Shown: positions 1 to 8,110, counted from the first letter of the stretch. The stretch is 64,000 nucleotides of DNA from Candidatus Zambryskiibacteriota bacterium (GCA_003173855.1 PPGI01000008.1:10119-74118); one strand, 5' to 3'. Numbers and translations: made by a program. Notes: generated by a model not told the origin, from the sequence alone.

Positions 1-102
1 AAGACCGCCAGTGAAATTTCAAAGGCTTCCACGTTGGGCGAAGTAACTAAGTCCAGAGAGTGGTGCGGAAAAAGTTTTGCAATTACAGTCGTGTCTGCCT
101 GA
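1..102 (+). CDS. 3' end of an upstream gene (partial); frame 1 runs from the window edge to TGA at 100-102
   Basis: Open frame from base 1 (...EWCGKSFAITVVSA*). The region is relatively GC-rich. Identity not determinable from this fragment. Confidence 0.25.
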   Translation, partial: KTASEISKASTLGEVTKSREWCGKSFAITVVSA

Positions 103-139
103 GCTGTTCTTTCACCTGGTTCTATATGGAACCCCATCC

Positions 140-172
140 ATCGCTTGCTTGGAGGAGCAAGCGATTTTTATT
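140..172 (+). terminator. Rho-independent terminator (atcgcttgc...gcaagcgat + T-run)
   Basis: Near-perfect 9-bp stem followed by TTTTTATTTG. Confidence 0.6.
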
Positions 173-201
173 TGTATGACTCGAAATCAAAAACCATTAT
201 G

Positions 202-230
202 TTGCAATATTGGCAATGATGTAATAGTAT
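202..230 (+). promoter_or_regulatory. Sigma70-like promoter TTGCAA-N17-TAGTAT upstream of rpsL
   Basis: -35 TTGCAA (202-207), 17-nt spacer, -10 TAGTAT (225-230), 9 nt before the rpsL ATG. Confidence 0.55.
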
Positions 231-239
231 ATCGAAGCA

Positions 240-650
240 ATGTCAACAATTAATCAGTTGGTACGACGAAATAGAAGCAAGGCGCGACCAAAGCCGAAAG
301 CCGTGGCCTTGACTCGCGGATTCAATAACCTGACTAACCGTCCGGTGTTTTATCCATCTCCATTTAAACGAGGAGTTTGCACAAAAGTAACTACAAAAAC
401 TCCAAAGAAACCTAACTCTGCTATTCGAAAAATTGCGCGTGTCAGATTAACAAACGGCATGGAAGTTACCGCATATATTCCTGGAATGGGCCACTCACTT
501 CAGGAACACTCTGTAGTTTTGCTTCGAGGAGGTAAAGTAAAAGATGTTGGTATTCGATACACTATTGTTCGAGGCAAACTTGATGCAACTGGAGTAGAAA
601 ATCGAAAAAAAGGTAGATCAATGTATGGTGCTAAAAGATCTAAGAAATAA
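240..650 (+). CDS. rpsL: 30S ribosomal protein S12
   Basis: 136 aa; conserved S12 motifs ([22 protein letters not shown]); in the str operon. Confidence 0.97.
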   Translation: MSTINQLVRRNRSKARPKPKAVALTRGFNNLTNRPVFYPSPFKRGVCTKVTTKTPKKPNSAIRKIARVRLTNGMEVTAYIPGMGHSLQEHSVVLLRGGKVKDVGIRYTIVRGKLDATGVENRKKGRSMYGAKRSKK

Positions 651-652
651 TT

Positions 653-1120
653 ATGCGAAGAAAAGTTAAAAATCGAAATATTGTATCTCCTGACTTTAAA
701 TACGACTCAGCAAAAGTCTCTAAATTTATTAACTACGTAATGCAACGTGGGCAGAAAGAAACTGCAAGAAAAATTGTTTACTCTGCATTTAATGAAATAA
801 AAGAAAAAACGTCAGCAGAACCAATGGAAATTTTTGATGCTGCTCTTAAAAATACAGGACCAATGACTGAAGTCAGATCACGAAGAGTTGGTGGTGCAAA
901 CTATCAGATCCCTAGAGAGGTGAGACCTGAAAGACGATCATTTCTTTCGATGAAATGGATTATTGAAGCTGCACGAGAAGCAAAAGGAAAACCAATGGCA
1001 GAAAAGTTGGCTGACGAAATAATTCTAGCTTCAAAAAACGAAGGTAAGGCTGTTAAAAAGAGAGAGGATACTCATAAGATGGCTGAAGCCAACAAAGCCT
1101 TCGCGCACTTCGCCTGGTAG
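653..1120 (+). CDS. rpsG: 30S ribosomal protein S7
   Basis: 155 aa; S7-like sequence; directly follows rpsL. Confidence 0.95.
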   Translation: MRRKVKNRNIVSPDFKYDSAKVSKFINYVMQRGQKETARKIVYSAFNEIKEKTSAEPMEIFDAALKNTGPMTEVRSRRVGGANYQIPREVRPERRSFLSMKWIIEAAREAKGKPMAEKLADEIILASKNEGKAVKKREDTHKMAEANKAFAHFAW

Positions 1121-1135
1121 TTTTGTTTCTAAAAA

Positions 1136-1170
1136 GGCTCGACGAACATTAGTTCATCGAGCCAATTTTG
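1136..1170. terminator. Bidirectional hairpin terminator between rpsG and a convergent small gene
   Basis: ggctcgacgaac...gttcatcgagcc 12-bp stem with one mismatch, then AATTTTG. Confidence 0.5.
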
Positions 1171-1180
1171 TGGAAGACAT

Positions 1181-1402
1181 TTAGACCATCTCAAAATCTG
1201 CAGGGTCGAGAGGCTCAGTTTCTCTCCCGACATAGAGATGAGAGACTTCTCCATTCTGCAGGTCGCATTCGTTGATCTCGATTTTTTCTCCTGATTCCTT
1301 GTTTCTCACAGTTATTGGTCTCAAGAGTTCAATACGAAAGTTTGGCTTGCCCTTAACCTTCAACAGGCCGCCGGCTTTTTTTATCAAGTCAATTTCTGTC
1401 AT
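1181..1402 (-). CDS. Hypothetical 73-aa protein inserted antisense between rpsG and fusA
   Basis: ORF with a canonical SD (GGAGG, 4 nt before ATG) and its own TTGCAA-N17-TAAAAAT promoter. No recognisable family. Confidence 0.4.
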   Translation of the reverse strand: MTEIDLIKKAGGLLKVKGKPNFRIELLRPITVRNKESGEKIEINECDLQNGEVSHLYVGRETEPLDPADFEMV

Positions 1403-1507
1403 ATAACCTCCACAGTATTTTTATCATTGAAAGTACGTAATTGCAACGAAAGGGCTTTTAGTATATAGTTTGACTATTCCGTTTCGGAAATTTTTTTTAC
1501 TTAAAAT

Positions 1508-3649
1508 ATGAATCGCGACTACACATTAGAAAAAGTCAGAAATTTCGGAATTATTGCCCATATTGATGCTGGTAAAACGACGACTTCAGAACGTGTGCTT
1601 TTTTATACTGGAATGACTCACAAAATCGGAGAAGTGCACGAAGGTGAAACTGTTACTGATTGGATGGAGCAGGAGCGAGAGCGAGGCATCACCATTACGG
1701 CTGCTGCCATTACTTGTTTTTGGAATCCGACCTATATGGCAAAGGGGGCAAAGCCAGAATACCGATTTAATATTATTGATACTCCTGGACACATCGACTT
1801 TACTGCTGAAGTAAAGAGATCACTCCGAGTTCTTGACGGTGCTGTTGTAGTTTTTGATGGAGTTGCGGGAGTTGAACCACAATCAGAAACTAACTGGCGA
1901 TATGCCGATGACGGGAATGTGCCTCGAATTTGTTTTATTAACAAACTTGATCGTACAGGAGCTTCATTTGAAAGATCATATGCTTCGATTCTCGATCGTC
2001 TTACAAAAAATGCTGTCCGAGTTCAAATTCCGATTGGCCTAGAAGACAAACACGAAGGAGTGATTGATCTTTTGAAAATGAAAGCTTTTTATTTTGAGGG
2101 AAATATGGGAATGGCAATTCGCGAAGCAGAAATTCCACCAGAACTTGTTGATGATGCTAAAAAATTCCGAGGAGAATTGATTGAAAAAATTGTCGAACAA
2201 GATGACAGCTTAATGTCTGCATATCTTGAAGGCAAGGAACCAACTTTGGATGAATTAAAAACAACCCTTCGCAAGGCAACTCTTGCAGTAAAACTTGTAC
2301 CAGTTTTTGCAGGTAGTGCTTTAAAAAATAAAGGAGTTCAGCTTGTGCTCGATGGTGTTGTTGATTATCTACCTTCTCCACTTGATATTCCTCCAGTTCA
2401 CGGTATTGATCCGAAAACAGGTGAAGAAATTTTCCGTTCTGCCTCTGACACTGAGCCTTTCTCAGCTTTGGCATTCAAACTTCAGAATGATCCATTCGTC
2501 GGACAATTAACTTTCTTTAGAGTTTATTCTGGAACAATTGAAGCAGGTACTTATGTATATAACGCAACTACAAGTGAAAAAGAACGCCTTGGACGTATTG
2601 TTAGATTGCAAGCTGACAAGCGAGAAGAAGTGAAAAAAGTTTTTGCAGGAGAAATTGCTGCCGCTGTCGGATTAAAATCAGCAAAGACATCTCACACACT
2701 TTGTGATGAAAATAATCCAATTATTTTGGATCCGATTAAATTCGTTGATCCAGTTGTCTCTCTTAGAATTGAGCCAAAAACAAAAGCCGACCAGGAAAAA
2801 ATGGGTATGGCTTTGAAAAAACTTTCTGACGAAGATCCAACTTTTAAAATTTCTTCAAACTCTGACACAGGCGAGTCAATTATTTCTGGAATGGGTGAAT
2901 TACACTTGGAAATCATGGTTGATCGAATGAAGCGCGAATTCGGCGTTGAAGTAAATGTTGGCAAACCTCAAGTTGCATATCGTGAGACAATTCTTGGAAC
3001 TGCTGATGCAGAAAATAAGTACATCAAGCAAACTGGTGGAAAAGGCCAATATGGTCACGTAAAGATTACTCTTAAGCCAATGGAAAAACTGGAGGAAGGT
3101 GCAAAAATTCCTAAAAATGTTAAACGCTATGAAGATTTTGAATTCATTGATTCGATTAAAGGAGGTGTTATTCCACAAGAATTTATTCCAGCAGTTGAAA
3201 AGGGAGTTCATGAAGCAATGGATCGTGGAATTGTGGCTGGATACAAAATGGTCAATGTTTCTTGTGAACTGACTTTCGGTTCATATCATGATGTCGACTC
3301 ATCTGAAATCGCTTACAAAATTGCAGCTTCTCAGGCTTTCCAAGATGCAGCAAAGCGAGCAAAACCTGTTATTTTAGAGCCTATTATGAAAGTTGAAGCA
3401 GTTATGCCAGAGCAATTCATGGGAGATGTTACCGGTTCACTTTCAGGAAAGCGCGGACAAATCGAAGGAATGGATGAGAGGGGAATGCTTCGCGTAATTC
3501 ATGCAAAAGTTCCGCTTTCTGAAATGTTTGGATACACAACTGATATTCGATCAATGACACAAGGACGCGGTTCGGTGATGATGGAGTTTGATCATTACGA
3601 AGTGGTGCCATCTAACGTTGAGAAGCAAATTGTAGAGTCACGGAAATAA
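1508..3649 (+). CDS. fusA: Elongation factor G
   Basis: 713 aa; GTP-binding motifs AHIDAGKTT, DTPGH, NKLD; EF-G domain order. Confidence 0.97.
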   Translation: MNRDYTLEKVRNFGIIAHIDAGKTTTSERVLFYTGMTHKIGEVHEGETVTDWMEQERERGITITAAAITCFWNPTYMAKGAKPEYRFNIIDTPGHIDFTAEVKRSLRVLDGAVVVFDGVAGVEPQSETNWRYADDGNVPRICFINKLDRTGASFERSYASILDRLTKNAVRVQIPIGLEDKHEGVIDLLKMKAFYFEGNMGMAIREAEIPPELVDDAKKFRGELIEKIVEQDDSLMSAYLEGKEPTLDELKTTLRKATLAVKLVPVFAGSALKNKGVQLVLDGVVDYLPSPLDIPPVHGIDPKTGEEIFRSASDTEPFSALAFKLQNDPFVGQLTFFRVYSGTIEAGTYVYNATTSEKERLGRIVRLQADKREEVKKVFAGEIAAAVGLKSAKTSHTLCDENNPIILDPIKFVDPVVSLRIEPKTKADQEKMGMALKKLSDEDPTFKISSNSDTGESIISGMGELHLEIMVDRMKREFGVEVNVGKPQVAYRETILGTADAENKYIKQTGGKGQYGHVKITLKPMEKLEEGAKIPKNVKRYEDFEFIDSIKGGVIPQEFIPAVEKGVHEAMDRGIVAGYKMVNVSCELTFGSYHDVDSSEIAYKIAASQAFQDAAKRAKPVILEPIMKVEAVMPEQFMGDVTGSLSGKRGQIEGMDERGMLRVIHAKVPLSEMFGYTTDIRSMTQGRGSVMMEFDHYEVVPSNVEKQIVESRK

Positions 3650-3818
3650 TTTCTTACTCACTGCATTTCTCGAAGAGACCGTTTCGCTCCGCCAGCGCTA
3701 CGCTCACTAGTTCTCGGCTTTCCGACTTGTCAATGAGCCAGCAAGCTGGACGTTGACAAGACCGAGCTCTCGGCCTGCGAAGTCTCTCCTCGAAACGCAG
3801 TTCGACGAAATTATTTTC
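3642..3818 (+). repeat. GC-rich palindromic MITE-like repeat, copy A (terminal inverted repeats (TIRs) overlap the fusA stop codon)
   Basis: ~95% identical to the reverse complement of 51752..51920. The outer TIRs (gaaataatttc...gaaattattttc) bracket a GC-rich core (3667..3795) containing nested palindromes (ccgagagctcgg; cttgtcaa...ttgacaag). Confidence 0.65.
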
Positions 3819-3881
3819 TTGCTTTTTCATCTTTTAATTTGGGGAAAAGTTGGGCAAAACTTAGCTATTTGCATAAAATTT

Positions 3882-3890
3882 AAATGATAT
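3882..3890 (+). promoter_or_regulatory. Extended -10 promoter element (TGaTATAAT) 10 nt before the ATG at 3900
   Basis: TGnTATAAT match. This implies a very short or leaderless mRNA for the 410-aa ORF. Confidence 0.35.
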
Positions 3891-3899
3891 AATTTATGC

Positions 3900-5132
3900 A
3901 TGAGTACTTCTGTTGCCGAACAAGGTGTCGGTAGAAAAGATAATTATTTAGATATTTTGCATAGGCAGGCTGATGGCCCAGAGTACAAAATTCCTATTAA
4001 GAAAATTGATTTTCGTACGTTACGCAAGCCGACAGATATTGATCCTTTACCTCAAGAAAAAGAAGCCATATCTCCAGAAGAGAAATCAGGAGTAATTTTT
4101 GAAAGTACAGTTTCAAGTCAAAGTTATAAAACACCAAACAAATTAATTGAATATATAAATATTTTAATAAAAGAGAATAGACCTCTCAAAGGTCTGCGGT
4201 GGGATATAGAAGAAGCAAAGTCGCTTGATGAAATAGTCAGTCGACTAACAAAAACAAATTTATTGTCGAAAGAAGAATGTGATGAAGCTATTTCATGCTG
4301 CCAATATCCCAATAAAGAAATTAAATTACATGTTGCATATACTGATCCACATCATGAAAGCACAGATCTGACTTTAGCAAGAAAAGAATACGTTGAAGCA
4401 CTCGTTCCATATTTAAAGAAACTTGAAGAGAAAAAAATTTCTTATCGAAAATTGATGCAAGGTCTCGGTGCTCAAAAAGACATGCCTTTGCCAGGTGAAC
4501 CCAAGGAGCTTGTTAATGCACGAAATGATTATTATAAGGCTAGGAATAAAGATAAAAAATCAAGTGGCCAAATTGAAAAAATCTACGATATCATGGAAGT
4601 TTCAAATCTTCGCCAAGAGATTCTCGCTCTCCAAAGTGAAAGGACGCAAATCTTTATTGATAGAGCAAATAAAAAATGGGAAAAAATTTCAAGAATTGAT
4701 AATGTAAATGTTCTCACAGCATTACTTAGCGATCTAACTTTTTTGTCATATGTTCCTCCAAAAGATGAAAATTATGTTGGTCTTCGTCCAGAAAAAATAA
4801 ATATTCAAGAAGTTATAGAAGAAAAACCTGTTGAAACCAAATCAGAAGTAGTAGAAGAAAAACAAGAGCCAAAGGCAGATCATGCTATTCAGATTTCAAA
4901 TCTGACATTTGATGACAAACCTCTTCAAGTTATTCTAAATACAGATGCCGAACCACAAACTATTCAAGTAATATTTAATGATAATGAAATTGCTTCTGGT
5001 ACGTTGACAAGGAAGGGGCCAAGTATTAAAGTTCATTCCCGTTATAAAGCAGGATTCCTATTGGCAAAGACCATGGAAGAAAAAGCTTTTGAAAACGCGA
5101 ATTCTCTTATAATCAAGAATTTCAAAATCTAA
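3900..5132 (+). CDS. Hypothetical 410-aa cytoplasmic protein inserted between fusA and tuf
   Basis: Long ORF with no transmembrane segment or known motif; coiled-coil-like segment (EILALQSERTQIFIDRANKKWEK). Confidence 0.55.
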   Translation: MSTSVAEQGVGRKDNYLDILHRQADGPEYKIPIKKIDFRTLRKPTDIDPLPQEKEAISPEEKSGVIFESTVSSQSYKTPNKLIEYINILIKENRPLKGLRWDIEEAKSLDEIVSRLTKTNLLSKEECDEAISCCQYPNKEIKLHVAYTDPHHESTDLTLARKEYVEALVPYLKKLEEKKISYRKLMQGLGAQKDMPLPGEPKELVNARNDYYKARNKDKKSSGQIEKIYDIMEVSNLRQEILALQSERTQIFIDRANKKWEKISRIDNVNVLTALLSDLTFLSYVPPKDENYVGLRPEKINIQEVIEEKPVETKSEVVEEKQEPKADHAIQISNLTFDDKPLQVILNTDAEPQTIQVIFNDNEIASGTLTRKGPSIKVHSRYKAGFLLAKTMEEKAFENANSLIIKNFKI

Positions 5133-5428
5133 TGAATATTTTATCAAAGGATATAGTTAAAGAATGGAATATATCCAGTTTGCCGGAAGCAAAACAACAA
5201 GAAATGATTGATCGCATTGGTCGCATAATGTACCAAGCGATTTTGGTGAAATCTTTGGATATTCTTTCTCAAGATGAACAAGATGAACTCGATCAATTAC
5301 TCAATGTTGATTCAACAACTCCACAAGAAGTTTTATTGTTTTTGAAATCAAAAATTCCGACATTTGAACAGTTGGTAATAGAGGAGAGAAAAAATCTAAA
5401 AGAAGATTTGGTTATCGAAAACATCTAA
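5132..5428 (+). CDS. Hypothetical 98-aa acidic protein
   Basis: ORF overlapping the upstream stop (TAATG). No recognisable family. Confidence 0.45.
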   Translation: MNILSKDIVKEWNISSLPEAKQQEMIDRIGRIMYQAILVKSLDILSQDEQDELDQLLNVDSTTPQEVLLFLKSKIPTFEQLVIEERKNLKEDLVIENI

Positions 5429-5431
5429 GGC

Positions 5432-5460
5432 TTGACAGATATTCGCACTTTGTCTACTAT
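5432..5460 (+). promoter_or_regulatory. Promoter TTGACA-N17-TACTAT for tuf
   Basis: Exact TTGACA (5432-5437), 17-nt spacer, TACTAT (5455-5460). Confidence 0.55.
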
Positions 5461-5473
5461 TTAATTTGTCGCA

Positions 5474-5496
5474 CAGGCGATTTTTTTAATCGCCTG
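5474..5496 (+). promoter_or_regulatory. Hairpin in the tuf leader (caggcgat-TTTTTTTA-atcgcctg)
   Basis: 8-bp perfect stem. Shares the 14-mer GCGATTTTTTTAAT with the rplC leader hairpin at 8488..8509. Confidence 0.4.
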
Positions 5497-5597
5497 GAAA
5501 TTCCCAGAATTCAACGATATATAAGTTTCTCGAACGCTGAATTTTTGGAGTTTCCAAAATGGCAAAAGTTTATTATTAGCATTAATTAAAAAATATT

Positions 5598-6794
5598 ATG
5601 GCTGAGTTCGATCGTTCAAAGCCACATGTGAATGTGGGAACAATTGGTCACGTTGACCACGGTAAGACAACATTAACAGCAGCAATTTTGACTGTACTTG
5701 GACGCGCAGGCCAAGGCTTCGGCGCAAAAGTAAAAGGAGTTGATCAAATTGACTCTGCTCCTGAAGAAAAAGCACGAGGAATTACTATCGCGCTTTCTCA
5801 CAATGAGTACGAGACACCTACAAGACACTACGCTCACGTAGATGCTCCTGGACACGCTGACTATATTAAAAACATGATCACTGGTGCCGCTCAGATGGAC
5901 GGTGCAGTATTGGTAGTTGCCGCAACAGACGGTGTTATGCCTCAAACACGAGAGCACGTACTTTTGGCAAAACAAGTTGGTGTGCCAAAGATTATCGTTT
6001 TCCTAAACAAATGCGATATGGTGCCTGACAAAGAACTCATTGATTTGGTTGAGGAGGAAGTTCGAGAGCTCCTTACAAAACAAGGTTTCGATGGTGCAGG
6101 TGCTCCAGTTATTCGAGGTTCAGGTCTTAAAGCTCTTGAGTCAAAAGACAATAATGACGAATGGGCAGCAAAAATTCTAGAACTTGCAAACGCATTGGAT
6201 ACTTATTTCCCAATTCCAGAGAGAGATCTTGAAAAGCCATTCCTTATGCCAGTTGAAGACATTTTCTCAATCGAAGGACGAGGAACTGTGGTAACTGGAA
6301 GAATTGAACGAGGAATCGTAAAAGTTGGTGAAGAAGTAGAGTGTATTGGTTTGAAAGATACAGCAAAATACACTGTTACTGGTATTGAAATGTTCAACAA
6401 ATCACTTCAAGAAGGCCAGGCTGGAGACAACGCTGGAATTCTTCTTCGAGGTGCTAAAAAAGAAGACATTCATCGAGGACAAGTTTTGGCAAAGCCAAAG
6501 ACTGTAACTCCTCACACAGAATTTATGGCAGAAGTTTACATTCTAAAGAAAGAAGAAGGTGGACGACACACAGCATTCGTTACAGGTTACAAACCACAAT
6601 TCTACATTCGAACTACAGACGTAACAGGAGAAGTTTCTCTAAACGAAGGTGTTGAAATGGTTATGCCAGGAGACACAGTTACTTTCAAAGTTAAACTTGT
6701 TGCTCCAGTTGCTCTAGAAGAGAAGACTCGATTTGCGATCCGCGAGGGTGGTAAGACAGTCGGCGCAGGAGTTGTAACAAAAATCCTCGCTTAG
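5598..6794 (+). CDS. tuf: Elongation factor Tu
   Basis: 398 aa; [18 protein letters not shown] motifs. Confidence 0.98.
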   Translation: MAEFDRSKPHVNVGTIGHVDHGKTTLTAAILTVLGRAGQGFGAKVKGVDQIDSAPEEKARGITIALSHNEYETPTRHYAHVDAPGHADYIKNMITGAAQMDGAVLVVAATDGVMPQTREHVLLAKQVGVPKIIVFLNKCDMVPDKELIDLVEEEVRELLTKQGFDGAGAPVIRGSGLKALESKDNNDEWAAKILELANALDTYFPIPERDLEKPFLMPVEDIFSIEGRGTVVTGRIERGIVKVGEEVECIGLKDTAKYTVTGIEMFNKSLQEGQAGDNAGILLRGAKKEDIHRGQVLAKPKTVTPHTEFMAEVYILKKEEGGRHTAFVTGYKPQFYIRTTDVTGEVSLNEGVEMVMPGDTVTFKVKLVAPVALEEKTRFAIREGGKTVGAGVVTKILA

Positions 6795-6920
6795 TAAACT
6801 TCCAAATTTAGCGATCTCCTTGTTTCGAGTTTGAAAATGTTCGTCACTTTACTACTTGTAAAGCTTCTCACATTTTCAAACTCTCAACTTCGGATCTCAT
6901 CTAAATTCTGAAAGTTTAGA
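6795..6920 (+). repeat. Conserved ~125-nt structured 3'-UTR element, copy M1 (begins TAAACTTCCAAATTT at the tuf stop codon)
   Basis: Alignable to the element after rplB (11088..11210). Central hairpin ctttac-tactt-gtaaag (6847..6863) shows compensatory changes relative to ccttac/gtaagg in the other copies. Confidence 0.55.
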
Positions 6921-6922
6921 AA

Positions 6923-6947
6923 AATACCGCACTCGCGGTATTTTTTC
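6923..6947 (+). terminator. Rho-independent terminator after tuf (taccgcactcgcggta + T6)
   Basis: Perfect hairpin followed by TTTTTT. Confidence 0.7.
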
Positions 6948-7022
6948 CCTTACAGGGACTGTACACCTTTCGCACATAACAGTGCTCAAGGTCTTGCGAA
7001 GCTTCGCTTCTCACGCCTAACA

Positions 7023-7051
7023 TTGCATTCAAAATTGAAATTTTTTATAAT
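7023..7051 (+). promoter_or_regulatory. Promoter TTGCAT-N17-TATAAT driving a GC-rich non-coding unit
   Basis: Consensus -35 and -10 with a 17-nt spacer. No ORF >=60 aa in 6795..7378. Confidence 0.5.
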
Positions 7052-7057
7052 ACTAAA

Positions 7058-7338
7058 TGGAGCAGTCGACACACAACCACGCTGAAGTAAGCGAAACGGC
7101 ACTATGAAACGAGATCTCGGCCTCCGGAAGTTTCAAGCCAGCAAAGCGTGTGTGGGAGAGCAGCGAATCTGCTCGTTACATACCTCACAGTAGGCACGCA
7201 CCCCATGTGTCGGGGACTCGTTGAGAGCCGCAGTAGTGACTTCTCCATCGTCCGCATCGGTAGAAAACCAAATCGGTTTCTCCGAGGCGGTTTTCTTTTA
7301 TACTTTACCCCGTACTGAGCTTTGCTCTAGTACTGGGG
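7058..7338 (+). ncRNA. Candidate structured non-coding RNA (~280 nt, GC ~55%) between tuf and rpsJ
   Basis: GC-rich island in an AT-rich genome, with no ORF. It has its own consensus promoter and ends in a hairpin (ccccgtact...agtactgggg, 7308..7338). Identity unknown; it did not match my recall of RNase P, SRP or 6S RNAs. Confidence 0.3.
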
Positions 7339-7367
7339 TTGAACAAAATTTAAATCTCTGTTAGTAT
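7339..7367 (+). promoter_or_regulatory. Promoter TTGAAC-N17-TAGTAT for rpsJ
   Basis: TTGAAC (7339-7344), 17-nt spacer, TAGTAT (7362-7367), 11 nt before the ATG. Confidence 0.55.
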
Positions 7368-7378
7368 CGAGCTTACAA

Positions 7379-7807
7379 ATGCCAACAGCAAAAAAGGAAC
7401 CAAAAGCAAAAAAAGCAGCAGCTCCTAAAAAAACTGCAGCAAAAACTCCTGCAAAAGCTGCTGCTCCAAAGGTTACAAAAGCTAAAGCAGCTCAAGATGT
7501 TATTTCAAAGCTACGAATCCGAGTTCGAGCTTACGAATACAAAATCTTAGATCTTTCAGTAAAACAAATTATCGATACAGCACTTCGATATGATGCAAAA
7601 GTTGAAGGCCCTATTCCACTTCCAACAGAACACAAAAAATATACTGTAAACCGATCATCATTCGTTTACAAAAATGCTAGGGAACAATTTGAAATGAGAA
7701 TTCACAAGCGATTGATTGATATTTTAAATCCTACACCAAAAATCATGGAGGCTCTTACAAATATGTCTTTGCCTAGCGGAGTTAACATCGACGTAAAAAT
7801 AATTTAA
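7379..7807 (+). CDS. rpsJ: 30S ribosomal protein S10 with an ~45-aa Lys/Ala-rich N-terminal extension
   Basis: C-terminal ~100 aa match S10 (RIRVRAYEYKILD...HKRLIDIL). The N-terminus (AKKEPKAKKAAAPKKTAAKTPAKAAAPK) is histone-H1-like. Confidence 0.9.
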   Translation: MPTAKKEPKAKKAAAPKKTAAKTPAKAAAPKVTKAKAAQDVISKLRIRVRAYEYKILDLSVKQIIDTALRYDAKVEGPIPLPTEHKKYTVNRSSFVYKNAREQFEMRIHKRLIDILNPTPKIMEALTNMSLPSGVNIDVKII

Positions 7808-7810
7808 AGA

Positions 7811-7842
7811 CGAAACCACCTCACGATGAGGTGGTTTTGGTA
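7811..7842. terminator. Bidirectional terminator (accacctcacgatgaggtggt + TTTT)
   Basis: 8-bp perfect stem plus T-run, between rpsJ and a convergent membrane ORFan. Confidence 0.65.
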
Positions 7843-7843
7843 T

Positions 7844-8110
7844 TCATCGCCATGCAGACATGATGATTTTCTTTCTATGTCTGATAACGATATGGATGAG
7901 AATAAAACAGAGTGTGAGTAGTGACCAGATTGTTACACTAATGTAATCATTCAGATATACGCAAGCAGTTACTCCAGCTCCAACCATTGCTATGTAGGAC
8001 AAAAGAGTTCTTGTTGAATAATATGTACTTTTTTCCCTCCATATTCCGATAAGAGAGATGATGAAAACACAAAGCCAAAATATCCCAAAGGTTCGGAAAA
8101 GGAAAGTCAT
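7844..8110 (-). CDS. Hypothetical small membrane protein (2-3 transmembrane segments); the ORF track extends it to 8164 but the SD-supported start is at 8110
   Basis: Hydrophobic ORF. GGAGG SD 5 nt before the internal ATG (MTFLFRTF...). TTGACA-N17-TAATCT promoter upstream on the minus strand. Ends in TGA. Confidence 0.4.
   Translation of the reverse strand: MTFLFRTFGIFWLCVFIISLIGIWREKSTYYSTRTLLSYIAMVGAGVTACVYLNDYISVTIWSLLTLCFILIHIVIRHRKKIIMSAWR

Noticed and set aside
1586-3611. Small ORFs antisense to or overlapping fusA (1586-1792, 1732-1944, 1854-2042, 2089-2274, 2157-2474, 2692-2964, 2900-3211, 3429-3611)
   Set aside because: They lie entirely inside the strongly supported EF-G gene, on the opposite strand or in other frames. 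Their products are low-complexity and have no motifs.
5673-6400. Antisense ORFs inside tuf (5673-5975, 5942-6151, 6203-6400)
   Set aside because: They overlap the EF-Tu coding sequence and are frame artefacts.
7058-7338. Assigning the GC-rich non-coding unit to SRP RNA (based on a UCCGGAAG...AGCCAGCAAAG stretch resembling domain IV) or to RNase P RNA
   Set aside because: Only a partial resemblance to the SRP helix-8 consensus. No P4-type GGAAAGUCCGG motif for RNase P. The similarity is too weak to call without a covariance-model search.
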